NCBI GenBank assembly: GCA_002683215.1
Contig: NYSY01000137.1
Span: 2,300 to 66,299 of the forward strand
Direction of reading: 5' to 3'
DNA length: 64,000 nt
Source of the DNA: Planctomycetaceae bacterium
GTDB taxonomy: Bacteria; Planctomycetota; Phycisphaerae; Phycisphaerales; SM1A02
This document shows, piece after piece, positions 17,963 to 27,134 of the stretch. How positions within the stretch are numbered: position 1 is the stretch's first letter; each line of letters opens with the position of its first letter. The notes beneath the pieces are model-generated. The model saw nothing but the letters and a program-made list of their open reading frames with translations. It was not told the DNA's origin and ran no database searches. Both the position numbers and the translations under genes were made by a program.

Positions 17963-20900
17963 ATGATCCCATCCGCCGAATCGAAGCATGCCACGGTCGG
18001 GGCGCAGTCCGCCGACACCCTGGCGGCCAACCTCGAGGCGCTCGGTTCCCTGAACCACGTCGCCCGCGTCGCCATTCAATCGGCCGAGGACCGCGAGATC
18101 GAGATCGAGATCGCCGAGGACGGTCGGCTCACCGGGACGTGGGACGGACGTCGGCTCGCCAGTGCGCATCGGCCCGCCGCGGAGACGACGAGGCTGGTGG
18201 AGGAGGTCGACCTTTCGGAACAGGCGTGCATCGCGATCATCGGGTTCGGCCTCGGCGATCACGTCGAGGCCTTCGTCCGTCGCCTGCGGGGGACCGGGGT
18301 GGTGGTGGTGCTGGAGACCGACGCGGCCCTGCTTCGCGCGGTGTTCTCACGACTCGATCTCTCCGAGTGGCTGGCCGACGAGCGCCTGATCCTGCGGGTC
18401 GACCCCGACGATTCGGTCGGACTCGCCGCGAGCCTCGCCGGAGCGCACTCCCTGATGATGATCGGTACGCGGATCGTCGAACATCCGCCGAGTCGCCCCC
18501 GCATCGGTGCCGCCACCGGTCGCTTTTCGCGCACCCTGGTCGATCTCGCCGCGACCGCCCGGACCTCGACGACCACGCTTCTGGGGCAGAGCGGCACGAC
18601 GATCGAGAACCAGTTGTCGAATCTCGACCACTATGCGATCGGCGCCGGCATCGAGGACCTCGCCGGGATCGCCCGGGGTCGGCTCGGCGTGGTGGTCAGC
18701 GCGGGGCCGAGCCTTCGTCGAAACATCTCGGTCCTCGCCCGTCCCGGCGTCCGGGATCGATGCGCGATCGTCGCGACCCAGACCACGCTGCGGCCGCTGC
18801 TCGACGCCGGGATTGCGCCGCACTTCGTGACGGCCCTCGACTATCACGTCATCTCCAGCCGGTTCTACGAGGGACTGGATCCGGCGTCCCTCGAGGACAC
18901 GGAACTCGTCATCGACTCCCGGGTGAACCGGGCGGTGACCGAAGCCTGGCCCGGCCGGATCCGCTGCATCCCGTCACTCCAGTTGGACGAGTTCCTCGGG
19001 CCGCTCGCCCGAGGGGGCGAGCGGCTGCAGGCGTCGACGACCGTCGCCCATCTCGCCTACACCTTCGCGCGGCATCTCGGTTGCGATCCGGTGGCGCTGA
19101 TCGGGCAGGATCTCGGATTCACCGACGGGCTGTACTACGCGCCGGGGACGGCGATCCACGAGGTCTGGCTCCCCGAACTGAATTCGTTCAACACCGTCGA
19201 GACCATGGAGTGGGAGCGGATCGCCCGACATCGAAACCACCTCTCCGAACGGCACGACGTGAACGGCCGACGCATCTTCACCGACGCCCAGATGCTGAAC
19301 TACCTGCAGTCCTTCGAGGTCCGCTTCGCGGAGGACGTCCGGAACGGACTCCGAATCGTGGATGCGACCGAGGGCGGTGTGAGGAAGCGGAACACCGAGG
19401 TTCGCTCGCTCGCGGAGACCATCGAGGCACATGCGGGCATCCGGACCTCGGCGATCGACTTTCCGCGGTCGACTCGCTCCGAGGCGGGGGATCGTCAGGC
19501 GGTGCTCGAGCGTCTCGGGCTGGTCCGGACCGAGCTGGACGAGATCGCCGAGGCGAGCGACCGCACGCTCGAGATTCTCGAACGGATGCTCGAGGTCCAG
19601 TCCGACGCATCCGAGATGGATCGTCTCTTCCAACGACTCGAGGCGCCTCGGGCGACGGTCAAGCGGCATGCGGCCAGTCGTCGGCTCACCGATTGGTTCA
19701 ATCAGCTCGCGACCTTCCAGCGGCTGCGGGCCGATCGACGGATTCGACTCGCCGACGACCTCCAGCCGATCGATCGCCAGCGGGCCGAACTCGAGCGGGA
19801 TGTCGTGAACGTCCGGTGGACGCGGGACGCCTGCCGGATGCTGGGCGATCTCCTTCAGTCAACGCATCGCCTGTTGACCGATGGCGTGTTCGAATCGAGG
19901 CTGGGGGATTCGGCGGGCATGGCGGAGGCGATGGGTGTGGTCGCCTCCCCGGCCGCCGTGCCGAAGGTCGTCGCCGTGGTGGCCATCGATCCGGATCGCG
20001 GGGGCCTCGGCGTGGATCGCGGGCTCGCCGCGAACCTCGGTGGCAGGTCGATCCTGCAGCGGACGCTCGAACGAATCGACTCGGCGATCGGCATCTCGGC
20101 CATCGCGCTCCTCGTACCGGACGGATTCGACGTCGAATCCGCGGTCGACCGCACCCGGCTCGATCATCCGATCCACGTGCATGAATGCGGTGCCCGGGTC
20201 TTCGGCCCCGAGCATGAAGCCATTCAGGTCGCCCGCGCCGTCGCACCCACGTCCTGGCGCGGCGGCATTCACGGCATGACGTCGTTCGACGAAGTCTTCG
20301 CGCCGGGCCCGACCGCCGCGGTGCTTGCGGACCTCGACGCCGATGCGGCACTGCTGGTCGGGGCGGACTGGCCCTTCGTCTCGGTCGATGAACCGGGTGG
20401 ACTCAACGAGATTCTCGAGCGGCATCGGAAACGTCCGAACGCGACCTGGGTCTTCGGGCAGGGGCCTCCGGGACGGACCGCGATGGTGCTTGGTCGTGCG
20501 GCCGTCGAGATCATGCGACGGAATCGATGCCGCGTGGGGACCATCGGCTACCAGCTCGCCTACCGCCCCGAGATGCCGGAGGGTGATCCGATCGTCGGCG
20601 ATCGCTGTGTCCACGCCGAGCCGGCGGTCCGCAGCGCGATCGCCCGCTTCGCGGTGGACACGCCACGAGAGATCAAGCGGCTCGAACGGGCGATCGGACC
20701 GATGCTGCTCGGCGATGCCTCGCCGGATTCGAGGGAGATCGCGATCCGGCTCGAGCACCGGGCGCTCAGCGGGCCGCTGGCGACGCCCCGATTCCTGCGG
20801 GTCGAATTGAACACCGGCCGGACCGGCCGACGGATCGGGACGCCCGAGGCGATCGAGGTGGAGCGGGCGCCGATGGAGGAATCGATGTTCCGGCGGATCG

Positions 20901-21640
20901 TCGAACCACTCGCGGACGCGGGTGACACGGTGCTCTTCCTCGACGGTGCCGGTGATCCGGTGCTGCATCCCCGATTCGACGACTTCATCGAGATCGCGAT
21001 GGATGCCGGCGTGCGGGTGGTCTCGATCCGAACGGATCTCGCGGGTGATGCCAGCGTGGTCGATCGGCTCCTCGCCACCCGGGTCGGGGTCGTGGAGATC
21101 GACCTCGACGCGGAGACGGGGGAAACCTACCGGCTGATGCACGGTGCGGATCGATTCGAGGAGGTCATCGGAAATGTCGAGCGATTGATCGCCGGCCGAC
21201 GCCGGCTCGACGGCGGCACGCCTGCGGCACTTCCCACGGAGCTCGCGTTCGCGTTGCCATGGATCGTCCCCCGGTTCGAACGACGCGTGGAGAACATCGG
21301 TGAGCTTCCGGAGTTCTTCGAGCGATGGCGTCGCCGGCTCGGGGTCGCGCTGATCGACGGCCCCGCCCGGTGGCCGTCCGCCACCGGCACCGAGGTCGAC
21401 CCCCTCAGCCCGACCTGGCCACCGCCCCGCCACGACGAGATGGTGAATTCGGTGAGAATGACCGTGCTCGCCGACGGATCGGTGCCGATCGCGGAACTGG
21501 ATCTCGCGGGATCGACCAGCGTCGGTCGCGTGGGCGAACGATCGCTTCAGGAGCTCTGGCAGGAGCTGGTCCAACGTCGACGTGATCGATTCGAAGGCCG
21601 CCGCGACGAACCCGCCACCCTCTCACCTCTCCGTCCCTGA
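17963..21640 (+). CDS. Tri-modular protein: Maf/DUF115 (MptE-like) glycosyltransferase, coiled-coil linker, nucleotidyltransferase-like module, Cys-less radical-SAM/SPASM-like module
   Basis: Start moved to MIPSAESKH in ORF 17825..21640 (1225 aa). DUF115 core GVVVSAGPSLRRN...CAIVATQTTLRPLLDAGIAPHFVTALDYH...LIGQDLGF (aa about 215-490). GT-A/NTP-transferase-like KVVAVVAIDPDRGG...GGRSILQRTLERI (aa about 665-855). rSAM-like scaffold LRVELNTGRTGRR...VLFLDGAGDPVLHP...VVSIRTDL...VVEIDLDAETGETYRLMHG...FEEVIGNVERLI...MTVLADGSVPIAEL...GRVGERSLQELW (aa about 940-1210). Confidence 0.8.
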   Translation: MIPSAESKHATVGAQSADTLAANLEALGSLNHVARVAIQSAEDREIEIEIAEDGRLTGTWDGRRLASAHRPAAETTRLVEEVDLSEQACIAIIGFGLGDHVEAFVRRLRGTGVVVVLETDAALLRAVFSRLDLSEWLADERLILRVDPDDSVGLAASLAGAHSLMMIGTRIVEHPPSRPRIGAATGRFSRTLVDLAATARTSTTTLLGQSGTTIENQLSNLDHYAIGAGIEDLAGIARGRLGVVVSAGPSLRRNISVLARPGVRDRCAIVATQTTLRPLLDAGIAPHFVTALDYHVISSRFYEGLDPASLEDTELVIDSRVNRAVTEAWPGRIRCIPSLQLDEFLGPLARGGERLQASTTVAHLAYTFARHLGCDPVALIGQDLGFTDGLYYAPGTAIHEVWLPELNSFNTVETMEWERIARHRNHLSERHDVNGRRIFTDAQMLNYLQSFEVRFAEDVRNGLRIVDATEGGVRKRNTEVRSLAETIEAHAGIRTSAIDFPRSTRSEAGDRQAVLERLGLVRTELDEIAEASDRTLEILERMLEVQSDASEMDRLFQRLEAPRATVKRHAASRRLTDWFNQLATFQRLRADRRIRLADDLQPIDRQRAELERDVVNVRWTRDACRMLGDLLQSTHRLLTDGVFESRLGDSAGMAEAMGVVASPAAVPKVVAVVAIDPDRGGLGVDRGLAANLGGRSILQRTLERIDSAIGISAIALLVPDGFDVESAVDRTRLDHPIHVHECGARVFGPEHEAIQVARAVAPTSWRGGIHGMTSFDEVFAPGPTAAVLADLDADAALLVGADWPFVSVDEPGGLNEILERHRKRPNATWVFGQGPPGRTAMVLGRAAVEIMRRNRCRVGTIGYQLAYRPEMPEGDPIVGDRCVHAEPAVRSAIARFAVDTPREIKRLERAIGPMLLGDASPDSREIAIRLEHRALSGPLATPRFLRVELNTGRTGRRIGTPEAIEVERAPMEESMFRRIVEPLADAGDTVLFLDGAGDPVLHPRFDDFIEIAMDAGVRVVSIRTDLAGDASVVDRLLATRVGVVEIDLDAETGETYRLMHGADRFEEVIGNVERLIAGRRRLDGGTPAALPTELAFALPWIVPRFERRVENIGELPEFFERWRRRLGVALIDGPARWPSATGTEVDPLSPTWPPPRHDEMVNSVRMTVLADGSVPIAELDLAGSTSVGRVGERSLQELWQELVQRRRDRFEGRRDEPATLSPLRP

Positions 21641-21659
21641 ATCCGGACGAATCACGACC

Positions 21660-22418
21660 ATGAAACAGAACACGACCGAGATCGAATCCTCCGCCGCCAC
21701 CGCGGTGGTGATCGGCCGCGCGGGAAGCAAGGGACTTCCACGCAAGCATGTTCGGCTCGTCGACGGCGTACCGATGATCGCGCGAAGCGTCGGTCACGCG
21801 CTCGCGGCCCGCCGGGTGGGGCGGATCCTGTGTTCCACCGACGGTGAGGCGATCGCGAGTGCCGCGGCCTCCGTCGGTGCCGAAGTGTTCCTGCGACCCG
21901 CGGCCCTCGCGGACGATCACGCCACCGTCGATGCGGGCGTGCGGCACGCGATCGAGACGTCCGGCGACGACGCGGAAGTGGTCGTCATCCTCTACGGAAG
22001 CATCCCCATCCGGCCCGACGACCTGATCGACCGTGCCGTCGCACGACTGGTGGACACCGGTGCGGACAGCGTCCAGAGCTACTCGCCGGTCGGAAAGCAC
22101 CATCCGTTCTGGACCTGCCGACTCGACGATGATGGTCGCATCGCCGCCTGGCAGGAGAACGACGTCTTCCGCCGCCAGGACCTGCCGCCGGCCTTCATCC
22201 CCGACGGCGGCGTCATCGCGGTTCGACGCGAGTCCCTCTTTCAGGTCGATCCGGAGCGCCCGCACGCGTTTCTCGGCAGGGACCGCCGGGGCGTTCTCAA
22301 TGAAATGGGAACGGTCATCGACGTGGACGACGAGATCGATCTGCTGGTCGCCGAGGCGATTCTCGAGCGACGTCGGCGTGCTCACGTCGCGTCGGTTCAC
22401 AGCGGGGTCGGTCCGTGA
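21660..22418 (+). CDS. neuA: Acylneuraminate (nonulosonate) cytidylyltransferase
   Basis: Start moved to MKQNTTEIE. AVVIGRAGSKGLPRKHVRLVDGVPMI is the CMP-NulO synthetase P-loop-like motif. 252 aa. Confidence 0.85.
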   Translation: MKQNTTEIESSAATAVVIGRAGSKGLPRKHVRLVDGVPMIARSVGHALAARRVGRILCSTDGEAIASAAASVGAEVFLRPAALADDHATVDAGVRHAIETSGDDAEVVVILYGSIPIRPDDLIDRAVARLVDTGADSVQSYSPVGKHHPFWTCRLDDDGRIAAWQENDVFRRQDLPPAFIPDGGVIAVRRESLFQVDPERPHAFLGRDRRGVLNEMGTVIDVDDEIDLLVAEAILERRRRAHVASVHSGVGP

Positions 22419-23455
22419 CGAGCGCCGATGTCCGCATCGGGACGCGACCGCTCGATGCGGATCAACCGACCTGCGTCATCGCCGAGATCGGGGTCAATCA
22501 CGACGGACGTCTCGATCGAGCGCTCGAACTCGTGGACGCCGCGGCCGGCGCCGGCGCGGATGCGGTGAAATTCCAGTGGTTCGAGGCCGACCGGCTGGTG
22601 GGGGACCCGGACGCCATCGCGGACTATCAGCGGCGGGCGAACGTGGCGAATCAACAGGAGCTGCTTCGAGGGCTGGAACTCGACCGGGACGCGATGGCGC
22701 GGCTCGTCGACGCAGCGCACCGCCGGGGGCTGGGTGCCGTGGTCACGGTCTTCAACGAGGCGTTGATTCCGGTCGCGGCGGACCTTCCGTGGGACGCCTG
22801 GAAGACGGCGTCTCCGGATCTGGTGCATCGTCCGCTCCTGGACCGACTCGCCGGCGACGGACGTCCGATGCTCGTTTCCACCGGTGCCTCGGAGTTCGCG
22901 GAGGTCACGCGAGCGCACGAATGGCTGGGAGACGCCCCGGTGGTGTTCCTGCACTGCGTCAGCGCCTACCCGACGCCGGAGTCATCGGCGGGACTCGGGG
23001 CGATCGGGAGCATCGCGGCGGCGACCGGCCGTCCGACGGGATACAGCGACCACACCGCCGAGGTCACCACCGGCGGATTGGCGGTCGCCGCCGGGGCGGT
23101 GGTGCTCGAGAAGCATCTGACCTGGAATCGAAACGCGGTCGGCCCCGACCATGCGGCGAGTCTCGATCCTGCCGGGCTGGCCGAGTACGTCGATTTCGTG
23201 CGACGAGCCCGCGGCGCGGTCGGTGACGGGATGAAACGATCGAATCCGATCGAAGCGGATGTCCGCCGGGTGGCCCGGCAGTCCCTGCGGGCGGCGCGTT
23301 CCCTGCCGTCCGGGACCCGGCTCTCGGCCACCGACATCGCGGTGAAGCGTCCCGGTGACGGGATCGAACCATGGCGGTTGGAGGAGATCCTCGGACGGGA
23401 ACTCCGGGTCGCCCTCGAACCCGATGCCCCGATTCGCGAAGGAGACCTCGGATGA
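22415..23455 (+). CDS. neuB: N-acetylneuraminate-type (nonulosonic acid) synthase with C-terminal SAF domain
   Basis: 346 aa. CVIAEIGVNHDGRLDRALELVDAAAGAGADAVKFQ, later YSDHT. SAF-like tail IAVKRPGDGIEPW...IREGDL. The GTG start overlaps the neuA stop by 4 nt. Confidence 0.9.
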   Translation: MTSADVRIGTRPLDADQPTCVIAEIGVNHDGRLDRALELVDAAAGAGADAVKFQWFEADRLVGDPDAIADYQRRANVANQQELLRGLELDRDAMARLVDAAHRRGLGAVVTVFNEALIPVAADLPWDAWKTASPDLVHRPLLDRLAGDGRPMLVSTGASEFAEVTRAHEWLGDAPVVFLHCVSAYPTPESSAGLGAIGSIAAATGRPTGYSDHTAEVTTGGLAVAAGAVVLEKHLTWNRNAVGPDHAASLDPAGLAEYVDFVRRARGAVGDGMKRSNPIEADVRRVARQSLRAARSLPSGTRLSATDIAVKRPGDGIEPWRLEEILGRELRVALEPDAPIREGDLG

Positions 23456-24564
23456 GTCGTCGTGTCGCGGTGGTCACCGGTTCCCGCGCAGACTTCGGTC
23501 TGTTGCGATCGACGATGGAGGCGATCTCGGTCACGCCCGGACTCGAGCTGCAGATCATCGCGGCCGGTTCGCATCTGCTTCCACCCGACGAGACGATCAA
23601 CGAGGTCCGCGAGCACTTCCACGTCGACGCGGTCGTGGAGATGCAGCACGCCGGGCGCATCGGGCGGGCGGCGGACGCGACCGCCACGGGCCGTGGAATC
23701 GTGGGATTCACCGCGGCGTTCGAGCGGTTGGATCCGGACGTCGTCCTGGTCCTCGGGGATCGGATCGAGGCCTTCGCGGCCGCGGCGAGCGCGGGCATCG
23801 GTGGAAGACGGGTGGCGCACGTGCACGGCGGCGACCGTGCGGAAGGCGTGGCGGACGAATCGATGCGGCACGCGATCACCAAGTTGTCGCACCTGCACTT
23901 TCCCGCGACGCCGACGAGTGGCGAACGGGTCCGACTTCTCGGCGAGCCGGCGGATTCCGTGCACGTCGTGGGAAGCCCCGCCGCGGACGGCGTCGACGCC
24001 ATGCGGCCGCTGGACGAGGAGATGTTCGATCGACTGGGCCGACCCCGCGTGGCGATTCTCCATCACGGTTCCGGCCTGACCGAGGCGTCCGAACGGGTGT
24101 GGATCGAGACGGCGATCGAAGCGAGCCACCGCCGCGGGCCGGTCGTGGTCATGCGTTCCAATCACGATCCGGGCAGCGATGTCGTGGAGCGGGCCGGGGT
24201 GGCGGCCGCGGATCGGCTCGGCGTCGTCCGGGCGGGTCACCTTCCCCGCGAGGCGTTCATCGGCCTGCTCCGCCGCGTGGAGGTGCTGGTGGGGAATTCC
24301 AGCGCAGGCCTCATCGAAGCGCCCGTGGTCGGATGTCCGACCGTGAATCTCGGGCCCCGTCAGGCGGGGCGGGAGCGCCCCGGGTCGGTGATCGACGTGG
24401 AACGAGCCGACGTCGAGGTGATCGTCGATGCCATCGGGGCCGCGGTCCGCCGTGACGGACCGATCGAGCATCCGTACGGCGAGGGCGGTACCGGCCGACG
24501 GATCGCCGAGGTCCTCGTGGAACTCGTCGATTCGGGGATTCCGCGGAAGCGGAACGCGTTCTGA
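23452..24564 (+). CDS. neuC: UDP-N-acetylglucosamine 2-epimerase (hydrolysing type)
   Basis: Start moved to MSRRVAVVTGSRADFGLL (ATGA overlap with the neuB stop). VAHVHGGDRAEGVADESMRHAITKLSHLHF matches the NeuC/LegG-type HxHGG motif. Confidence 0.85.
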   Translation: MSRRVAVVTGSRADFGLLRSTMEAISVTPGLELQIIAAGSHLLPPDETINEVREHFHVDAVVEMQHAGRIGRAADATATGRGIVGFTAAFERLDPDVVLVLGDRIEAFAAAASAGIGGRRVAHVHGGDRAEGVADESMRHAITKLSHLHFPATPTSGERVRLLGEPADSVHVVGSPAADGVDAMRPLDEEMFDRLGRPRVAILHHGSGLTEASERVWIETAIEASHRRGPVVVMRSNHDPGSDVVERAGVAAADRLGVVRAGHLPREAFIGLLRRVEVLVGNSSAGLIEAPVVGCPTVNLGPRQAGRERPGSVIDVERADVEVIVDAIGAAVRRDGPIEHPYGEGGTGRRIAEVLVELVDSGIPRKRNAF

Positions 24565-24631
24565 ATCGATCGGGTCGGGGAAAGCCTGTCGATGATTCCG
24601 CCGGCGGTGATTCGAGGTGATCATTCTGAAC

Positions 24632-25285
24632 ATGAGCGATCAGAAGCAGACCGGATCCCGCGGCGCCGACGTCCGACTTCCCCTGCGCATCGACACCCCG
24701 GACGACTGGGGGACGAGGGCGCTTCAGGAGACCTGCGCGCTCCTGAACGACCACGCCCACCTCGAGAAGAAGGCGGCGCAGAACGCTCTGGAACTTCTGC
24801 ATCGCTGGCCGGAGCCGACGCCACCGGACAACTGGGTGGTGGCGATGACGGCGGTGGCGCGTGACGAGGTGGAACACCTTGCGCTCGTGGTTCGATTGCT
24901 GTCGCGGCGTGGCGGCCGTCTGACCAAGTCGCATTCCAATCGTTACGCGGCCGCCCTCCGCGGCCTCGTTCGTGGTGGTGGTCTCGAGGCGACGATCGAC
25001 CGCCTGATGATCTCGGCGTTGATCGAGGCCCGATCCTGCGAGCGATTCGAGATTCTCGCCCGGATCGCGGAGGACGAGCCGCTCGCGAAGATCTATCGCG
25101 GTCTCTGGGCCAGCGAGCGGGGACACTACCTGTCCTTCATCGATCTCGCGCGTCAGGTCGCGGCCCTCGAAGGCTCGGCGATGGTCGAGCACGTGGAATC
25201 GCGGTGGGACGAGATGCTCGACGCGGAGGCGGCGGTCATCCAGAAGCAGGCCCCCGGCCCCCGGATGCATGCCTGGGTCGAATGA
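24632..25285 (+). CDS. miaE: tRNA-(ms2io6A37)-hydroxylase MiaE (non-heme di-iron)
   Basis: LNDHAHLEKKAAQNAL, ARDEVEHL, ALIEARSCERF and ASERGHYLSF form the ferritin-like ExxH pairs of MiaE. The ATG at 24632 has GAGG upstream; the ORF-track GTG at 24617 is an alternative. Confidence 0.8.
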   Translation: MSDQKQTGSRGADVRLPLRIDTPDDWGTRALQETCALLNDHAHLEKKAAQNALELLHRWPEPTPPDNWVVAMTAVARDEVEHLALVVRLLSRRGGRLTKSHSNRYAAALRGLVRGGGLEATIDRLMISALIEARSCERFEILARIAEDEPLAKIYRGLWASERGHYLSFIDLARQVAALEGSAMVEHVESRWDEMLDAEAAVIQKQAPGPRMHAWVE

Positions 25286-25485
25286 AGGCGTTCTCGGTCC
25301 TGCGAACCCCGGTTCCATCGGTCCCAGACCGAACAGGCCGATCGAACCGGCATCCATCGCATCGCTTCGGGCCCCTCGGGTGAATGAAGCCCGCTCCGGG
25401 CCCGATGCCTGAGGGACGGGACTGGGCCAGGCCCATCCGATTCGAGGGGATTCCGGGCGCTTCGTCGTCCACGGAGGGTGTGACC

Positions 25486-26361
25486 ATGGACCATGGACAG
25501 GTCGGACAAGAGGGCGGCATTGCGCTGGACGCGGTTCGCAACATCAGCCACATCGCCACCCTTCCCGAAGTCACGGTGAAGATCATCGAACTGGTGGAAG
25601 ATCCCGGTTCGAGCGCCCGAGACCTCCATGCGATGATCTCGACCGATCCGGCGCTCACCGCCCGAATGCTCAAGGTGGTGAATTCGGCGTTCTACGGGCT
25701 GCCCCGGCAGATCGCCTCGATCAACCGCGCCGTCTCCCTGCTCGGTCTCAACGCCGTCAAGAACATCGCGGTGGCCGCGAGTCTCGCGAAGCTCTTTCGC
25801 GGTGGCGACATCGGTCCCGACTTCAACGCACACGAGCTCTGGCTGCACTCCTGCGTGACCGCCAGCACGGCTCGGATCATCGCGCAGGGCAATCGCCGGA
25901 ACGCGGTCGACGAGGCCTTTCTCGCCGGCCTGGTTCACGACGTCGGCATCCTCGTCGAACTCCAGCACGATCGGGCCCGGTTCGCGGAGGCGATCGCCCT
26001 CGCGGCCGCTGGCCGTGACCTGCGGGAATGCGAGCGAGAGGTCCTCGGGGAGGACCACGAAGCGTTCGGTTCGGCGCTCTGTGAACACTGGAAATTCCCG
26101 TCGAGCCTCGTCTGGGTCGCGGGTCACCACCACGATCCGGCCTCGGTGCCCCAGGCGAATTGCGATCTTCCGATGATCGTGCACGTGGCGGACCGGATCG
26201 CGGCGGAGATCGCCGGCGGGTTCTCGTTGGACCTCCAGGACGGCGGAATCTCGCCGGAGGCCCTCGACCATCTGGGAATCGATCAGGTCACCCTCGACGG
26301 GATCCGGGCCGAGGCGAGCATCGCGGCCCGCGATGGTGGAGAACTGCTCGCGGCGGCCTGA
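25486..26361 (+). CDS. HDOD-domain signalling protein
   Basis: Start moved to MDHGQVGQ (GGAGGG upstream). LPEVTVKIIELVEDPGSSARDLHAMISTDPALTARMLKVVNSAFYGLPRQIASINRAVSLLGLNAVKNIA is a textbook HDOD N-terminus. Confidence 0.85.
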   Translation: MDHGQVGQEGGIALDAVRNISHIATLPEVTVKIIELVEDPGSSARDLHAMISTDPALTARMLKVVNSAFYGLPRQIASINRAVSLLGLNAVKNIAVAASLAKLFRGGDIGPDFNAHELWLHSCVTASTARIIAQGNRRNAVDEAFLAGLVHDVGILVELQHDRARFAEAIALAAAGRDLRECEREVLGEDHEAFGSALCEHWKFPSSLVWVAGHHHDPASVPQANCDLPMIVHVADRIAAEIAGGFSLDLQDGGISPEALDHLGIDQVTLDGIRAEASIAARDGGELLAAA

Positions 26362-26410
26362 ATCGGCGGTTGATTCGCGTTCCTCCCTCGACGGGGGATA
26401 CCATCAGGGC

Positions 26411-27124
26411 ATGTCCGCGTATCGCGTGAACTTCGGAAAGCCGGTCGCACTGTTCCCGCTCCCGGGAGTCAGCCTGCTTCCACACGGCGCCCAGCCGCTC
26501 CACATCTTCGAGCCGCGATATCGCCAGATGATCGAAAACTGCCTCGCGTCGGGAAACGGTGACCTCGACCGCGCAGATCCGATCGCGATGGCGGTCGTCG
26601 ACGGGCGACGTGGCGCGGAGGTCCAGGAGGTCTCGCTTCGTGAAGCGGTGTGCGTGGGGCGGATCGCCCGGGTCGAGCGGCTCTCGAGCGGTCGGTTCAA
26701 CATCCTTCTCCACGGATTGTGCCGGGCACGGATCGAAGAGCTTGATCCGCCGGTCGACGGTCGGCTCCACCTCCGGGCCTGGCTTCGGCCCATCGAACCG
26801 GAGGCGAACGAAGCGCCGCCGATGCCCGAGGCACGGAGGCTCATCCGGAGTCTCCTCGGCAACGGGCGCCTGCGTCGGCTCGCTGCGGCGGGCATGGCCG
26901 TCGAGTGGCTCGATCGAGACGATCTTCCGACCAGCGTGGTGCTCGATCTGATCGGGTTCGCGGTGGTGAAGGACGAGGCGATCCGATACCGCCTCCTCGA
27001 GCAGGGGGACTCCCGGCGACGGGCGGAGACGGTCGCGGGTGAGTTGCAGATGCTCGACCGCCTCGTTTCGCAGGTCGATCGGCAGAACTTCGCCGAGTGG
27101 CCCAAGGGCCTGAGCTGGAACTGA
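26411..27124 (+). CDS. LON substrate-binding (LonN) domain-only protein
   Basis: Start moved to MSAYRVNFGKPVALFPLPGVSLLPHGAQPLHIFEPRYRQMIENCL. No AAA or protease module follows. Confidence 0.8.
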   Translation: MSAYRVNFGKPVALFPLPGVSLLPHGAQPLHIFEPRYRQMIENCLASGNGDLDRADPIAMAVVDGRRGAEVQEVSLREAVCVGRIARVERLSSGRFNILLHGLCRARIEELDPPVDGRLHLRAWLRPIEPEANEAPPMPEARRLIRSLLGNGRLRRLAAAGMAVEWLDRDDLPTSVVLDLIGFAVVKDEAIRYRLLEQGDSRRRAETVAGELQMLDRLVSQVDRQNFAEWPKGLSWN

Positions 27125-27134
27125 TTCGGGCGGT

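Noticed and set aside
18139-21574. 681-aa plus off-frame ORF (18139..20184) and 571-aa minus ORF (19859..21574) inside the Maf-fusion gene
   Set aside because: Extreme Arg/Pro/Gly content and no motifs. The chosen frame carries DUF115, NTP-transferase-like and rSAM-like signatures continuously.
22966-24633. 555-aa minus ORF across neuB/neuC
   Set aside because: It is antisense to two genes with clear NeuB and NeuC signatures. Low-complexity Arg/Pro-rich translation.
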